Assembly: GCA_963796275.1 (NCBI GenBank)
Contig: CAWCKY010000001.1
Location: 928,001 to 992,000 of the forward strand
DNA: 64,000 bases
Source of the DNA: an uncultured Acidobacteriota bacterium
GTDB taxonomy: Bacteria > Acidobacteriota > Blastocatellia > RBC074
Direction: 5' to 3'
Part shown: positions 22,450-31,946 of the stretch, piece by piece
Layout of the letters: every line of letters starts with the position of its first letter
Numbering within the stretch: the first letter of the stretch is position 1
Translations under genes and position numbers: made by a program
Notes under the pieces: generated by a model
Databases searched by the model: none
The model's input: the letters and a program-made list of their open reading frames with translations, nothing else
Told to the model about the DNA's origin: nothing

Positions 22450-24333
22450 ATGTGCGGAATCAGTGGAATATTTCATTATGCCAATGATGAACCGGTCAGC
22501 GAGATGATACTGCGGCGCATGACAGATGTGCTTCATCATCGTGGACCTGATGACGAAGGATTTTATCTGCAATCTCGCGCTGGCCTGGGCCACCGGCGAC
22601 TTTCGATCATCGATGTCGCCGGGGGCCATCAGCCCATCTTTAACGAAGACGGAAAAGTCGCAATCGTTTTCAATGGCGAAATTTACAACTACCGGGAGCT
22701 GACGCGACATGTAGAAGATCGCGGGCATAGACTGCAGACGCGATCAGATACTGAAACCATTGTTCATCTTTACGAGGAATATGGTGAAGCCTGTGTGCCG
22801 ATGTTACACGGGATGTTCGCATTCGCGATTTGGGACGCGCGCAAAAATGTGATGATGCTGGCGCGCGATCGCGTGGGCAAGAAGCCGCTTTATTATGCGA
22901 ACTGTGATGGCCGGCTTATCTTCGGATCGGAGTTGAAATCGGTCATCGCAAATCCGCACGTGCCTCGAATCATGGATGAAGAGGCGCTCGCCGATTACTT
23001 TTCATTCCAATACGTCCCGTCACCTAAATCGATCTTCCGCGACGTCCGTAAATTGAGAGCTGGGCATTACCTCATTATTACGCACGATGGCATCCGGGAT
23101 TGCGAATATTGGGATATCGACTTCGCGAATATCGAGGAGCGCAGCGAAGAGGACTGGTGCGCATCGATACGCGAATCCCTGAGCGAGGCGGTAGGATCGC
23201 GTTTGATCAGCGAGGTGCCGCTCGGGGCATTTCTTTCAGGCGGGATCGATTCTTCGGCCGTGGTTGCGATAATGAGCCGGATCATAGATCGGCCGGTGGT
23301 CACTTCTTCTGTCGGATTCACCGAGGAGAGCTATAGCGAGGCGGAATATGCGAGCGGGTTCGCCGGTCAGATAGGCGCAGACCATCACGAACGAATCGTC
23401 CGGCCGGATGCGGTGGGCATTCTGGAAAAACTGGCGTGGCATTACGATGAGCCGTTCGCCGATGCATCCGCCATACCGACCTATTACGTTGCGCAGACTG
23501 CGCGTGAATTTGTCACTGTTGCTCTATCGGGGGATGGCGGCGATGAAAATTTTGCCGGATACAGGCGGTATGTTTTCGACGCTTTCGAGAATCGCGTGCG
23601 CCGTCTTGCTCCCGGCGTATTACGCAAGCCCCTTTTCGCCACGCTCGCGCGGGTCTATCCGAAGGGCGATTATCTGCCTCAGCTGCTTCGGGCCAAGTCG
23701 ACGCTGCGCAATATTTCCCTCGATCATCCGGCCGCGTACTTCAATTCGGTCTATGGCGCGATGGCGTTGGAGCGTGATGCGATTCTGGGAGGTGACCTGC
23801 GAAAGGCATTGAACGGTTACGATCCATATCAGTTGTTTCTCGATCATTTCAACCGGGCTCGCACGGATGACCCGATTGCTCGGGTTCAGTATGTCGACAT
23901 CAAGACCTACCTTACCGACGACGTGCTGGCCAAAGTCGATCGCGCGAGTATGGCCGTTTCCCTCGAAGTGCGCTGTCCTTTGCTCGATCATCAGTTTATG
24001 GGACTGGCTGCGCGTATTCCATCGAGTTTGAAACTACGTGGGCGGGAAGGAAAGTACATTTTCAAGCGAGCGGTGAGCGATCTAATTCCGCAAGATATAT
24101 TATCGCGGCGCAAACAGGGCTTCGTGGTTCCGATCGCGGAATGGATGCGAGGCGAATTGCGCGAACTGGCCATCAGTTTGCTCTTCGATTCCGGATCGCA
24201 GGACGGGGTGTTGAAACGTGAAGCGGTGACGAGGCTCTGGAAGCAGCATCAAAGCGGGTTGCGCGAATATTCGCGCCCACTATGGGCAATTATGATGTTC
24301 AGGATGTGGCAGAGGAATTTTATGAAGAGTTGA
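22450..24333 (+). CDS. asnB: Asparagine synthase (glutamine-hydrolysing) family amidotransferase, XrtA-associated type
   Basis: MCGI N-terminus; [30 protein letters not shown] and SGDGGDE motifs. Confidence 0.9.
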   Translation: MCGISGIFHYANDEPVSEMILRRMTDVLHHRGPDDEGFYLQSRAGLGHRRLSIIDVAGGHQPIFNEDGKVAIVFNGEIYNYRELTRHVEDRGHRLQTRSDTETIVHLYEEYGEACVPMLHGMFAFAIWDARKNVMMLARDRVGKKPLYYANCDGRLIFGSELKSVIANPHVPRIMDEEALADYFSFQYVPSPKSIFRDVRKLRAGHYLIITHDGIRDCEYWDIDFANIEERSEEDWCASIRESLSEAVGSRLISEVPLGAFLSGGIDSSAVVAIMSRIIDRPVVTSSVGFTEESYSEAEYASGFAGQIGADHHERIVRPDAVGILEKLAWHYDEPFADASAIPTYYVAQTAREFVTVALSGDGGDENFAGYRRYVFDAFENRVRRLAPGVLRKPLFATLARVYPKGDYLPQLLRAKSTLRNISLDHPAAYFNSVYGAMALERDAILGGDLRKALNGYDPYQLFLDHFNRARTDDPIARVQYVDIKTYLTDDVLAKVDRASMAVSLEVRCPLLDHQFMGLAARIPSSLKLRGREGKYIFKRAVSDLIPQDILSRRKQGFVVPIAEWMRGELRELAISLLFDSGSQDGVLKREAVTRLWKQHQSGLREYSRPLWAIMMFRMWQRNFMKS

Positions 24334-24479
24334 TTGAGTATTGGTGGTGCGCTAAACCTCTGTACTGCGAGCAGGAGCGAACTGTTCTCAATCGGTATAA
24401 GGATGATAAGTGTGACATTATGACAGTATGAAAGAGACAGCCTGCGGTACTGATGATTTCGTAATTTCAATAGCTATCG

Positions 24480-25694
24480 ATGAATATTCTTGTCTTCACC
24501 TCGCTCTGGCCGAACAGTGAGCAGCCAAACCTCGGCATCTTCGTTAAGAATCGCATCGAGGCGCTGGCGCTAATCGATGGGATCAATGTGCGCGCTGTTG
24601 CGCCGGTTCCGTATTTTCCCAAACTGTTGCATTCATCGGTCATACCGGTTCAATGGCGACGATTGGCCCGCATCGCCGAACGAGAGATGATCGAAGGCAT
24701 CGAGACATTTCATCCGCGATACCTGGTCACGCCGAAAGTATGTATGACCTTTTATTCGCGATGGATGGCGCGCGGTGCAGAAATGCTGTTGCGCAGGTTG
24801 CATGCAGAGCAACCGATCAGCCTGATCGACGCGCACTACGTCTATCCGGACGGCCATGCCGCGGTGTTATTGGGCGAGCGGCTGAATATCCCTGTAGTCA
24901 TTACGGCGCGCGGGACTGACATCAACCTCTTCTCCCAGATGCGTTTAATTCGTCCGATGATCTGCCAGTCTTTAAAGCGCGCGCGTCGTGTCATTGCCGT
25001 GAGCGCTGCGCTCAAGCAGAGAATGCTCGAGTTGGGTTTGGATACTGATAGAGTCGCCGTCATTCGCAACGGAATCGATCGATCGACCTTCTATCCGAGC
25101 GATCGGGCGGAAGCTCGGCGCCGTCTGGGGCTAGCGAACGAATCTCAAATTATTATCACGGTGGGGGCGCTCGTCCCATTGAAGGGAATAAATCTATTGA
25201 TCGATGCGATGAAGTTACTATCAAGGGAAAATGTAAAACTGTATGTGATCGGGGATGGGCCGGAACGCGCAGCCCTTGAATCTCAAATAGCAGAACATAA
25301 ACTCGATGACTGTGCTTTTGTCGTCGGATCGCGCTCGCAGCGGGAGTTGGCAGAATGGTATGCGGCAGCGGATCTATTTTGTCTGGCGAGCAGTCGCGAA
25401 GGTTGCCCAAACGTTGTGATCGAGGCCATGGCGTGCGGTACGCCGGTTGTCGCGGCTGATGTGGGAGGTGTTCGTGAGCTGGTAGATGCGCCGGCTTACG
25501 GGCGCTTGATTTTAAATGTAACCGCTGAGAGCCTGGCCCGTGAGATCGAGGCTGCGCTTGCGATCGATTGGAATCGCGAAGCTATTGCGAATCATAGCGG
25601 GACGCGCACATGGTCGGCTGTCGCGAAGGAGATTTTGGATCAATGGGGGGCCTGTTTACCTGCGCGATCGAGTCTAACAGCCACACACCCCTAA
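24480..25694 (+). CDS. GT4 glycosyltransferase (TuaC-like)
   Basis: DAHYVYPDG, TARGTDI and SREGCPNVVIEAMACG motifs. Confidence 0.87.
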   Translation: MNILVFTSLWPNSEQPNLGIFVKNRIEALALIDGINVRAVAPVPYFPKLLHSSVIPVQWRRLARIAEREMIEGIETFHPRYLVTPKVCMTFYSRWMARGAEMLLRRLHAEQPISLIDAHYVYPDGHAAVLLGERLNIPVVITARGTDINLFSQMRLIRPMICQSLKRARRVIAVSAALKQRMLELGLDTDRVAVIRNGIDRSTFYPSDRAEARRRLGLANESQIIITVGALVPLKGINLLIDAMKLLSRENVKLYVIGDGPERAALESQIAEHKLDDCAFVVGSRSQRELAEWYAAADLFCLASSREGCPNVVIEAMACGTPVVAADVGGVRELVDAPAYGRLILNVTAESLAREIEAALAIDWNREAIANHSGTRTWSAVAKEILDQWGACLPARSSLTATHP

Positions 25695-25769
25695 ATGCGT
25701 TTATTTTCCGGGAGATTCCGTTTCGTTTAACCGTAATGGTGGCGGCGCTGGCGAATTCGTTTATTCGGG

Positions 25770-25962
25770 AGCGCCAGAGGCGCGATATGTTTATAGAATT
25801 TTTCGTAATAGTGCCCCAGCTCCGGAGGAGCGGCATATGAACGGCATCATAATTTTCAGAGAGTTGAAGATCGCAAACCAGATCATCAATCTCCCGCGAA
25901 CTATGTCGGAGCTGGGGATATTTACTTGCCATAATCTAGAAACATCTCGCTTCTCCGGAGCT
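25770..25962. repeat. REP-like palindromic doublet (AGCTCCGGAGGAGC type)
   Basis: Outer inverted pair 25770-25796 / 25936-25962 (21/27 match); inner perfect pair CCCCAGCTCCG 25814-25824 / 25907-25917. Confidence 0.7.
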
Positions 25963-25990
25963 AAGAGCCGATAATATTATTTGCTGAATT

Positions 25991-26167
25991 CGCCCGCGGC
26001 ATCGCTTGGTACCGCTTTGGTAGATATATTCCTTGATCCGGGATTTTTCTGAAACTCACACCACGGCCCTCCAAATAACCCTTATTTGTGGATTTGCCCA
26101 GTTGTCTCGTAAGCAATGAGTGAAGCAATTGACTACCAAAGCGGTTGCAAGCAAGCAACCGCACTCC
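25991..26167. repeat. REP-like doublet (GCGG..CCGCTTT / AAAGCGG..CCGCACTCC type)
   Basis: Perfect 13-bp inverted pair ACCGCTTTGGTAG 26011-26023 / 26133-26145; internal hairpin GCGGTTGC-N6-GCAACCGC 26141-26162. Confidence 0.65.
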
Positions 26168-26237
26168 GAAGGCTTCGCTATCCCAAGATATGCTTATCAT
26201 CTGGAAACCGCTGTAATCGCTACCAGCTTCGATTAAC

Positions 26238-26765
26238 TCAAGAAATTTCTTCCATCCGATCAGGCATAATATCCAAATACGCCCCCACTATTAAGTCTTC
26301 CTCAATTATGCCTAGATTCCCCATCAGATACCTCAGAGTTTGTATGCCTTCATCACGAGATTGTCCGTCTCTCATTACGAATTCAAGCTCAATGAAATCG
26401 CCGAGTCCTTCTACTTGGTCGAGGTGGATTCGTGTCTGACCGACAATGAATACCTCTCTTATCTTCTTAATTTCACCCTTTATCCCACATGCATTCGCGA
26501 GAGCCATCTTCAAATTGTCGGGATCTGTTGTTTTTACGATGAGGTAACTCGACTCTTTCAGACCGGATTCTTCCGATCGCTCATAGAAAATTAGCTCTCC
26601 CCGATCCGGCCCCAATATTCGTAGCTTGAATTTTCCAGTCCTGCTATAAAAGAAAGTATCTGCTTGATATATGATTTCACCGGTAGTGCCTGCGATTGCT
26701 TCAGCCTTTACTCGTATGAGCGGTAAATCTCTTGCTATGGCCTTTATCTCTACATTCCGCAACAT
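26238..26765 (-). CDS. CYTH domain protein (class IV adenylate cyclase/triphosphatase family)
   Basis: NVEIKA (ExK), QADTFF, KLR and RIHLDQVEGLGDFIELE motifs. Confidence 0.88.
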   Translation of the reverse strand: MLRNVEIKAIARDLPLIRVKAEAIAGTTGEIIYQADTFFYSRTGKFKLRILGPDRGELIFYERSEESGLKESSYLIVKTTDPDNLKMALANACGIKGEIKKIREVFIVGQTRIHLDQVEGLGDFIELEFVMRDGQSRDEGIQTLRYLMGNLGIIEEDLIVGAYLDIMPDRMEEIS

Positions 26766-26949
26766 CGAATAACCTTTCCTGAATTTAATATTAAATTTAA
26801 CGCTTTGATAACAGAAAACACTTCATAATTTTACATACCGGCATTAGTATCCATCACGGCTCCATCCCCTATAACATAGTTACACTCAAGTAACGAGAGT
26901 TTCCCACACAACTTTCGCTCCGTTCATACAAAAAAATCGAGGTATCAGG

Positions 26950-28677
26950 ATGAATAAAATCACCCGTCGAGGGTTTCTGCGGCTCAGCGGAATCGGTCTG
27001 GTTACACCCTATATTTTACTTGCAGACAACTCCTCCGCTCATACATCACTTTCTTTTAACAAGGCGGATTCTATCTGGCTCCAGTTTGATCCGGGCCGAA
27101 ATCCGGAGGAAGTTTTCGGTCTTTCCGTCGCTTCCGGAGATCCGACTCCGGCCGGCGTTATTCTCTGGACCCGAGTAAACCCGCAGGCATGGGCACAGGG
27201 AGATAACATGGCATTCGAGGTCGCTCTGGATCCGGAATTCAATCAGGTGATAACCCAGGGTCTGGTGGAAAGCAGCGACTTCGGACCTGAACGCGACTAT
27301 ACAGTAAAACTCGATCTCGACGGCAGGCTCTCTCCCAATCGTTATTACTATTACCGATTCATCTATCATCAAACTGCCAGCCGTACCGGTCGTTGCCGGA
27401 CATTACCGCTAGCCAGGGAGTCACTGGACCGGATCAAATTTGCTGTGCTGACGTGTCAGGACTTCGCCAACGGATATTACGGAGCTTTCTCACACCTTGC
27501 GCAAGAGACCGATGTCGATTTTGTGGTTCATCTGGGAGATTTTATTTACGAGACTGCGAGCACTACCAATACCGCATACCCCGATCGTCTTATCGTATTA
27601 CCGAGCGGTGGGTCGGCAGCTTTCGGGCTAGCTGACTACAGGTCCATCTATCGCACCTACCGTTCAGACAGATTCTTGCAGCGCGCTATGGAACAGCACA
27701 CCTGGATCATCATCTGGGATGATCACGAGACCGCAAACGACTCCTATTGGGATTACGACCGGGATACATTAGGGGCACCCGATCACCCCTTCACATCCGA
27801 TGAGCAATTCGGTAACGACCCGCAACGCTTGAGACAGTTGAAGTTGGAGTCGCAGCAGGCCTGGGCTGAATATGTGCCTGCACGCGTCACGGTCAACACA
27901 GGAGCCGAACATCCCCACCAGTTCCTGCAAATCTACCGTAAGTTCCAGTTCGGCAACCTGGTTGAACTTTTCATGACAGATGAGCGCACGTATCGTTCAT
28001 CGCACCCTTGCGGTGAGGGACAAATCGGCGACCGGTATGTAACGCTAGGATGTAATCAACAGTTCGACGGAACTCGTACCATGCTCGGTCAGGATCAGCG
28101 CGACTGGCTGCTCCAAGGCGTGACCGGATCGAGCGCGCTCTGGAAAGTGTGGGGCAATGAGGTCTTTCAGGCTCCGCTCAGGCTGACACAGACTCGCAGA
28201 TCGGTCTATATCATCCTAGATGCGTGGGATGGCTATGTCAGCGAACGCTCATACCTTGCCAGACAGTTCAAGCAAGCTGGTATCCGTAATCTGGTTGTTC
28301 TAACCGGCGACCTGCATACCTCGTTGGCGTCATATTTAAAACTCAACTATACGATTGATCCATTTCATCTCCTGCAGTCCAATATGGTCGGCGTAGAGTT
28401 CATGACTCCATCGATCACCTCCGCGAATCTACGGGAGCTTTTCGGTAACCTAGGAGTAACCGTGGACGTTGGTGAAGTTGTAGTCAGAATAACAAATCCT
28501 CACATTCGCTTTTTCAATGGTGAGCTTTGGGGCTACTCCACTGTTGAGTTTAACAACGAGTATTGCGAATACACGGTATTCGACATTGACAAGTCGCAAA
28601 ATGACGGGAATGTCCGTAAGAGAGTTCATAAACGATTGCAGGTGCCGGTAAACAAAGTACAGATCCACGAAGCATAG
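26950..28677 (+). CDS. phoD: Alkaline phosphatase D family protein, Tat-exported
   Basis: TRRGFL Tat motif; VASGDP, HLGDFIYE, WDDHE, DAWDGY and LTGDLH motifs. Confidence 0.9.
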   Translation: MNKITRRGFLRLSGIGLVTPYILLADNSSAHTSLSFNKADSIWLQFDPGRNPEEVFGLSVASGDPTPAGVILWTRVNPQAWAQGDNMAFEVALDPEFNQVITQGLVESSDFGPERDYTVKLDLDGRLSPNRYYYYRFIYHQTASRTGRCRTLPLARESLDRIKFAVLTCQDFANGYYGAFSHLAQETDVDFVVHLGDFIYETASTTNTAYPDRLIVLPSGGSAAFGLADYRSIYRTYRSDRFLQRAMEQHTWIIIWDDHETANDSYWDYDRDTLGAPDHPFTSDEQFGNDPQRLRQLKLESQQAWAEYVPARVTVNTGAEHPHQFLQIYRKFQFGNLVELFMTDERTYRSSHPCGEGQIGDRYVTLGCNQQFDGTRTMLGQDQRDWLLQGVTGSSALWKVWGNEVFQAPLRLTQTRRSVYIILDAWDGYVSERSYLARQFKQAGIRNLVVLTGDLHTSLASYLKLNYTIDPFHLLQSNMVGVEFMTPSITSANLRELFGNLGVTVDVGEVVVRITNPHIRFFNGELWGYSTVEFNNEYCEYTVFDIDKSQNDGNVRKRVHKRLQVPVNKVQIHEA

Positions 28678-28691
28678 AGGAAGACAGAGTA

Positions 28692-28773
28692 ACTACAAAA
28701 CACACAGAAGATACAAAAGACACAGGAGAGCGATATTCTACTGTGTCTTTTGTATTTCTGTGTATTTTGTGGT
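28692..28773. repeat. Inverted ~9-mer repeat hairpin (ACAAAAGAC-type); possible bidirectional terminator
   Basis: Perfect 15-bp pair ATACAAAAGACACAG 28711-28725 / 28741-28755, extending imperfectly. Confidence 0.75.
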
Positions 28774-28799
28774 GAATGGCTTCTGTTTATTTGAACGGT

Positions 28800-29112
28800 C
28801 TAAATTCTATCTTGATGAATGAAGAATGTAAGAGTCGATCCAGTTACCATACTTCGGCCAGTGATCAGAAAAACGGCCATCCAATGAACCTGGCACAGAA
28901 GCATGACAATCGGATTCCATACTGTATTGAGACCGTTCCGTATATCTGCCGGTGATATGGCCGCTTCGAAGTTCATCACAACAAAAAATTGATAAATGAT
29001 GACTAGAATCGCCATTGCCTGATAGGCGGAGAGTTTTCTGGCAATTCCGCGGAAATCAGCACGCAGTTTTTCTGACAGGGCGCGCCACGCCTGCGTCAGT
29101 ATCATTACTGGG
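28800..29112 (-). pseudogene. C-terminal remnant of an Lgt (prolipoprotein diacylglyceryl transferase)-like membrane protein
   Basis: WRALSEKLRAD...SAYQ resembles the Lgt R-x3-E-x2-R-x-D...S-x2-Q motif; the 5' part is replaced by a heptamer repeat. Confidence 0.5.
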
Positions 29113-29197
29113 AATTGATAATTGATAATTGATAATTGATAATTCTTATAAACTGTTACCGAAGTAATTACCAATTACCAATTATCAATTATCAGTT
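29113..29197. repeat. Inverted heptamer element (AATTGAT)n-loop-(AATTAYC)n
   Basis: Four AATTGAT units from 29113; AATTACC/AATTATC units 29166-29197. Confidence 0.9.
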
Positions 29198-29254
29198 CCC
29201 CCTGTTTCTCGTGGTTGATAAGGTATGCATAACTTGCTCGTGGAGATATAGCTG

Positions 29255-30829
29255 ATGAAAAACTTGCACTCATCAATGAAACAATATGCTGTCGACCGCC
29301 GCAACTTTCTGATCGGAGCCGCTGCATTTTCAGGTCTGGCGATGACTGGTAAATTCCAATCCCAGACGCAGACGGGCACTCCGAGTTTTTCCGCCGATCC
29401 TTTCTCACTCGGGGTGGCTTCGGGCGATCCTCTACCCAACGGTGTCGTGTTATGGACGAGGCTCGCGCCTGATCCGCTCAATGGCGGCGGGATGCCTCCT
29501 AATCCATTCAACGTGAAGTGGGAAATCGCTTCAGATGATCAGATGCGCAAGATCGTGCGACACGGCTGGGCATATGCGCGTCCCGAGTTTGGCCATTCTG
29601 TACACGTCGAAGTGCACGGGCTGAAGCCTGCTCGCTGGTACTGGTATCGTTTCCGGGTTGGTTCTTTCGTCAGCCCGATTGGCAGGACTCGAACTGCCCC
29701 GGCATTAAACGCGCGGGTTGATCAGCTCGCCTTCGCTTTCGCCTCTTGCCAGCATTTCGAACAGGGATACTACACTCCATATAAACATATGGCGGAAGAG
29801 CAACTCGATCTGGTTGTGCATCTCGGTGATTACATTTACGAGGGTGGGGCGACCACGGGTCGCACGCGCATACACAACAGCCCAGAGATAATGTCACTCG
29901 AAGACTACCGGAATCGTTACGCTCTCTACAAAGGCGATCCGGATTTGCAACGTGCGCATGCGATGTTTCCCTGGATAGTGACGTGGGACGATCACGAGGT
30001 TGAGAACAATTATGCCAACAACATCCCGGAGAATAATGTGCCGCCCGAAACTTTCCTCGAACGCCGTGCGCTGGCATACCAGGCATATTACGAACACATG
30101 CCGTTGCGCCACACAGCGCTGCCGCAAGGACCGGAACTGTTGTTGTATCGTCGCTTGAGATTTGGGGATCTGGCGGAATTCAACGTGCTCGATACGCGGC
30201 AGTATCGCACCAATCAACCGTGCGGCGATGGCACCAAACCGATCTGTGATGAAGTGTTCAACCCTGAGGCGACAATGTTAGGTGATGAACAGGAGAGCTG
30301 GTTACTCCGCAACCTGGACAAATCGAAAGCGAGATGGAACGTGCTCGCGCAGCAGGTTATGATGGCCAGGTATGAGTCGGCGGCGGGGCCAGCCCAGAGC
30401 ATCAGCATGGACAAATGGATCGCATATCCTGCGGGGCTCAATCGTCTCCTGAATTTCCTGAATGAACGCAGACCGTCGAATCCGATCGTTCTCACGGGCG
30501 ATATTCACTCGAGCTGGGTAGCCGATATCAAGACCAATTTCGATGATCCCAATTCGCCGGTCGTCGGAACCGAGTTCGTCGGGACCTCTATCAGTTCGGG
30601 CGGCGACGGGGCAGATTCCAATGCGAATATTGAGCGGCAACTGCCCGAGAATCCGCACATCAAGTTTTATAACGCACGGCGCGGTTATGTGCTCTGCAAC
30701 ATCACGCGGCAGCAGTGGCAAACCGACTACCGTATCGTCGCCGCGGTGACCAAACCGGATGAGCCGATCAGCACGCGCGCTTCGTTCGTAGTCGAGAACG
30801 GCACTCCGGGCGCGATCCGAACTGAATAA
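29255..30829 (+). CDS. phoD: Alkaline phosphatase D family protein, Tat-exported (second paralog)
   Basis: DRRNFL Tat motif; [27 protein letters not shown] and LTGDIH motifs. Confidence 0.92.
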   Translation: MKNLHSSMKQYAVDRRNFLIGAAAFSGLAMTGKFQSQTQTGTPSFSADPFSLGVASGDPLPNGVVLWTRLAPDPLNGGGMPPNPFNVKWEIASDDQMRKIVRHGWAYARPEFGHSVHVEVHGLKPARWYWYRFRVGSFVSPIGRTRTAPALNARVDQLAFAFASCQHFEQGYYTPYKHMAEEQLDLVVHLGDYIYEGGATTGRTRIHNSPEIMSLEDYRNRYALYKGDPDLQRAHAMFPWIVTWDDHEVENNYANNIPENNVPPETFLERRALAYQAYYEHMPLRHTALPQGPELLLYRRLRFGDLAEFNVLDTRQYRTNQPCGDGTKPICDEVFNPEATMLGDEQESWLLRNLDKSKARWNVLAQQVMMARYESAAGPAQSISMDKWIAYPAGLNRLLNFLNERRPSNPIVLTGDIHSSWVADIKTNFDDPNSPVVGTEFVGTSISSGGDGADSNANIERQLPENPHIKFYNARRGYVLCNITRQQWQTDYRIVAAVTKPDEPISTRASFVVENGTPGAIRTE

Positions 30830-30929
30830 CAGTTTTCAGTTTTTAGTTTTCAGTATTCAAGTTATTCAGTTTTCAGTTCGAGACTCTTAACTGAAAACTG
30901 AAAACTGAAAACTGAAAACTAAAAACTGA
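30830..30929. repeat. Inverted heptamer element (TTTTCAG)n-loop-(CTGAAAA)n between convergent phoD and psd
   Basis: About 6 degenerate left units 30830-30878; about 5 right units 30890-30928. Confidence 0.92.
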
Positions 30930-31946
30930 TCTGGCGATCTGCGAGCGGACGGCGACATCAGTCTCGACCAGCGGTTGTCCGAAGCCCAGGGAGAACCGGC
31001 TCTTAACGTCTCTGCGCTCTCTGTTTGCCAGTAAATCCTCGTCAAAGGAAATCCGGCCGCGCTGAAAGAGCAACACATCGGTGCTGCTGCCGGGGCGATA
31101 GCGGCTCTTCGGGCGGCCGCGCTCGATCCGCATTCCAGGCCGAACGGGTTGCGGATTTTCATAGCGTTCGCGGCTGTAACATTGTACGACCTCACCGATC
31201 ATGAGCGCCGTGACTTCGATCATTGCCACCAGCCCGATATTGGTCCCGCCAGGGATATCCGTGTCGAATACGGTCACCGCGCGTGTGTTCTTAGAGTATG
31301 GAGTCACAATGGTGATTACCGCCGAGGGGTTACAGGCGTGATATCGCCCGCGGACTTCATAATAATCCTTCACTATTCCTGTGACGGGCGTGTGATTATA
31401 GTGGTACTTATCCGGGGTCAGGCGGAAGATCGCGAAGTCGCCGCCGGCGAAAGCTCTCAACCATCGCTCTTTGTCGCTGCCCAGTAGCTCTTCAAAGTCG
31501 AAGAATTTTCCTTTGATAAACAGCGCGGACGTTTCGTTAAACGATCCCACCAGCGCACGCGCATCGGCGGGCGAGACGACGGCCGGCGCTTCTTCCGGCA
31601 TTGGCCGGCATTCCCAGTAGCGAATCTTCCGTTCAAAAACTTTTCGCATCGTGTTGAGGTTTTCAGCCGCGTATTCATTGAGCTCTATACCGGCGCTGCG
31701 CAGAAAACGATCGCTACCCGTTAGCGCGCCGCCGAATGGCAAATCGTAGTTCAGGAATCCCAGAACGGCCGATACTCTGCGGCTGAGCGCGAGACGGTAA
31801 AGCGCAGGAGCGTTCTCTCTCACTTCAGAGTAGAGCAATCGCACCAGACTGTCGCCGTAAAGCCGCTCGGTGAGTACGCGGCCAGTGCGTCGTTCAACGA
31901 ATTGATGAGGTTGTCGATGTGATTGAAGTCTCGAAATTCGGTGCAT
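30873..31946 (-). CDS. psd: Phosphatidylserine decarboxylase family proenzyme
   Basis: VSPADAR, FIKGK, FRLTPDKYHYNHTP and PGSST autocleavage motifs. Confidence 0.8.
   Translation of the reverse strand: MHRISRLQSHRQPHQFVERRTGRVLTERLYGDSLVRLLYSEVRENAPALYRLALSRRVSAVLGFLNYDLPFGGALTGSDRFLRSAGIELNEYAAENLNTMRKVFERKIRYWECRPMPEEAPAVVSPADARALVGSFNETSALFIKGKFFDFEELLGSDKERWLRAFAGGDFAIFRLTPDKYHYNHTPVTGIVKDYYEVRGRYHACNPSAVITIVTPYSKNTRAVTVFDTDIPGGTNIGLVAMIEVTALMIGEVVQCYSRERYENPQPVRPGMRIERGRPKSRYRPGSSTDVLLFQRGRISFDEDLLANRERRDVKSRFSLGFGQPLVETDVAVRSQIARSVFSFQFSVFSFQLRVSN

Noticed and set aside
25582-26200. Minus-strand ORFs 25582-25932 and 25961-26200
   Set aside because: They span REP-like palindromes and have no recognisable motifs.
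26780-26840. Pho box upstream of phoD1
   Set aside because: TTTAA/TTCAT/TACAT half-sites are spaced 10 or 12 bp rather than 11, in AT-rich DNA; not supportable.
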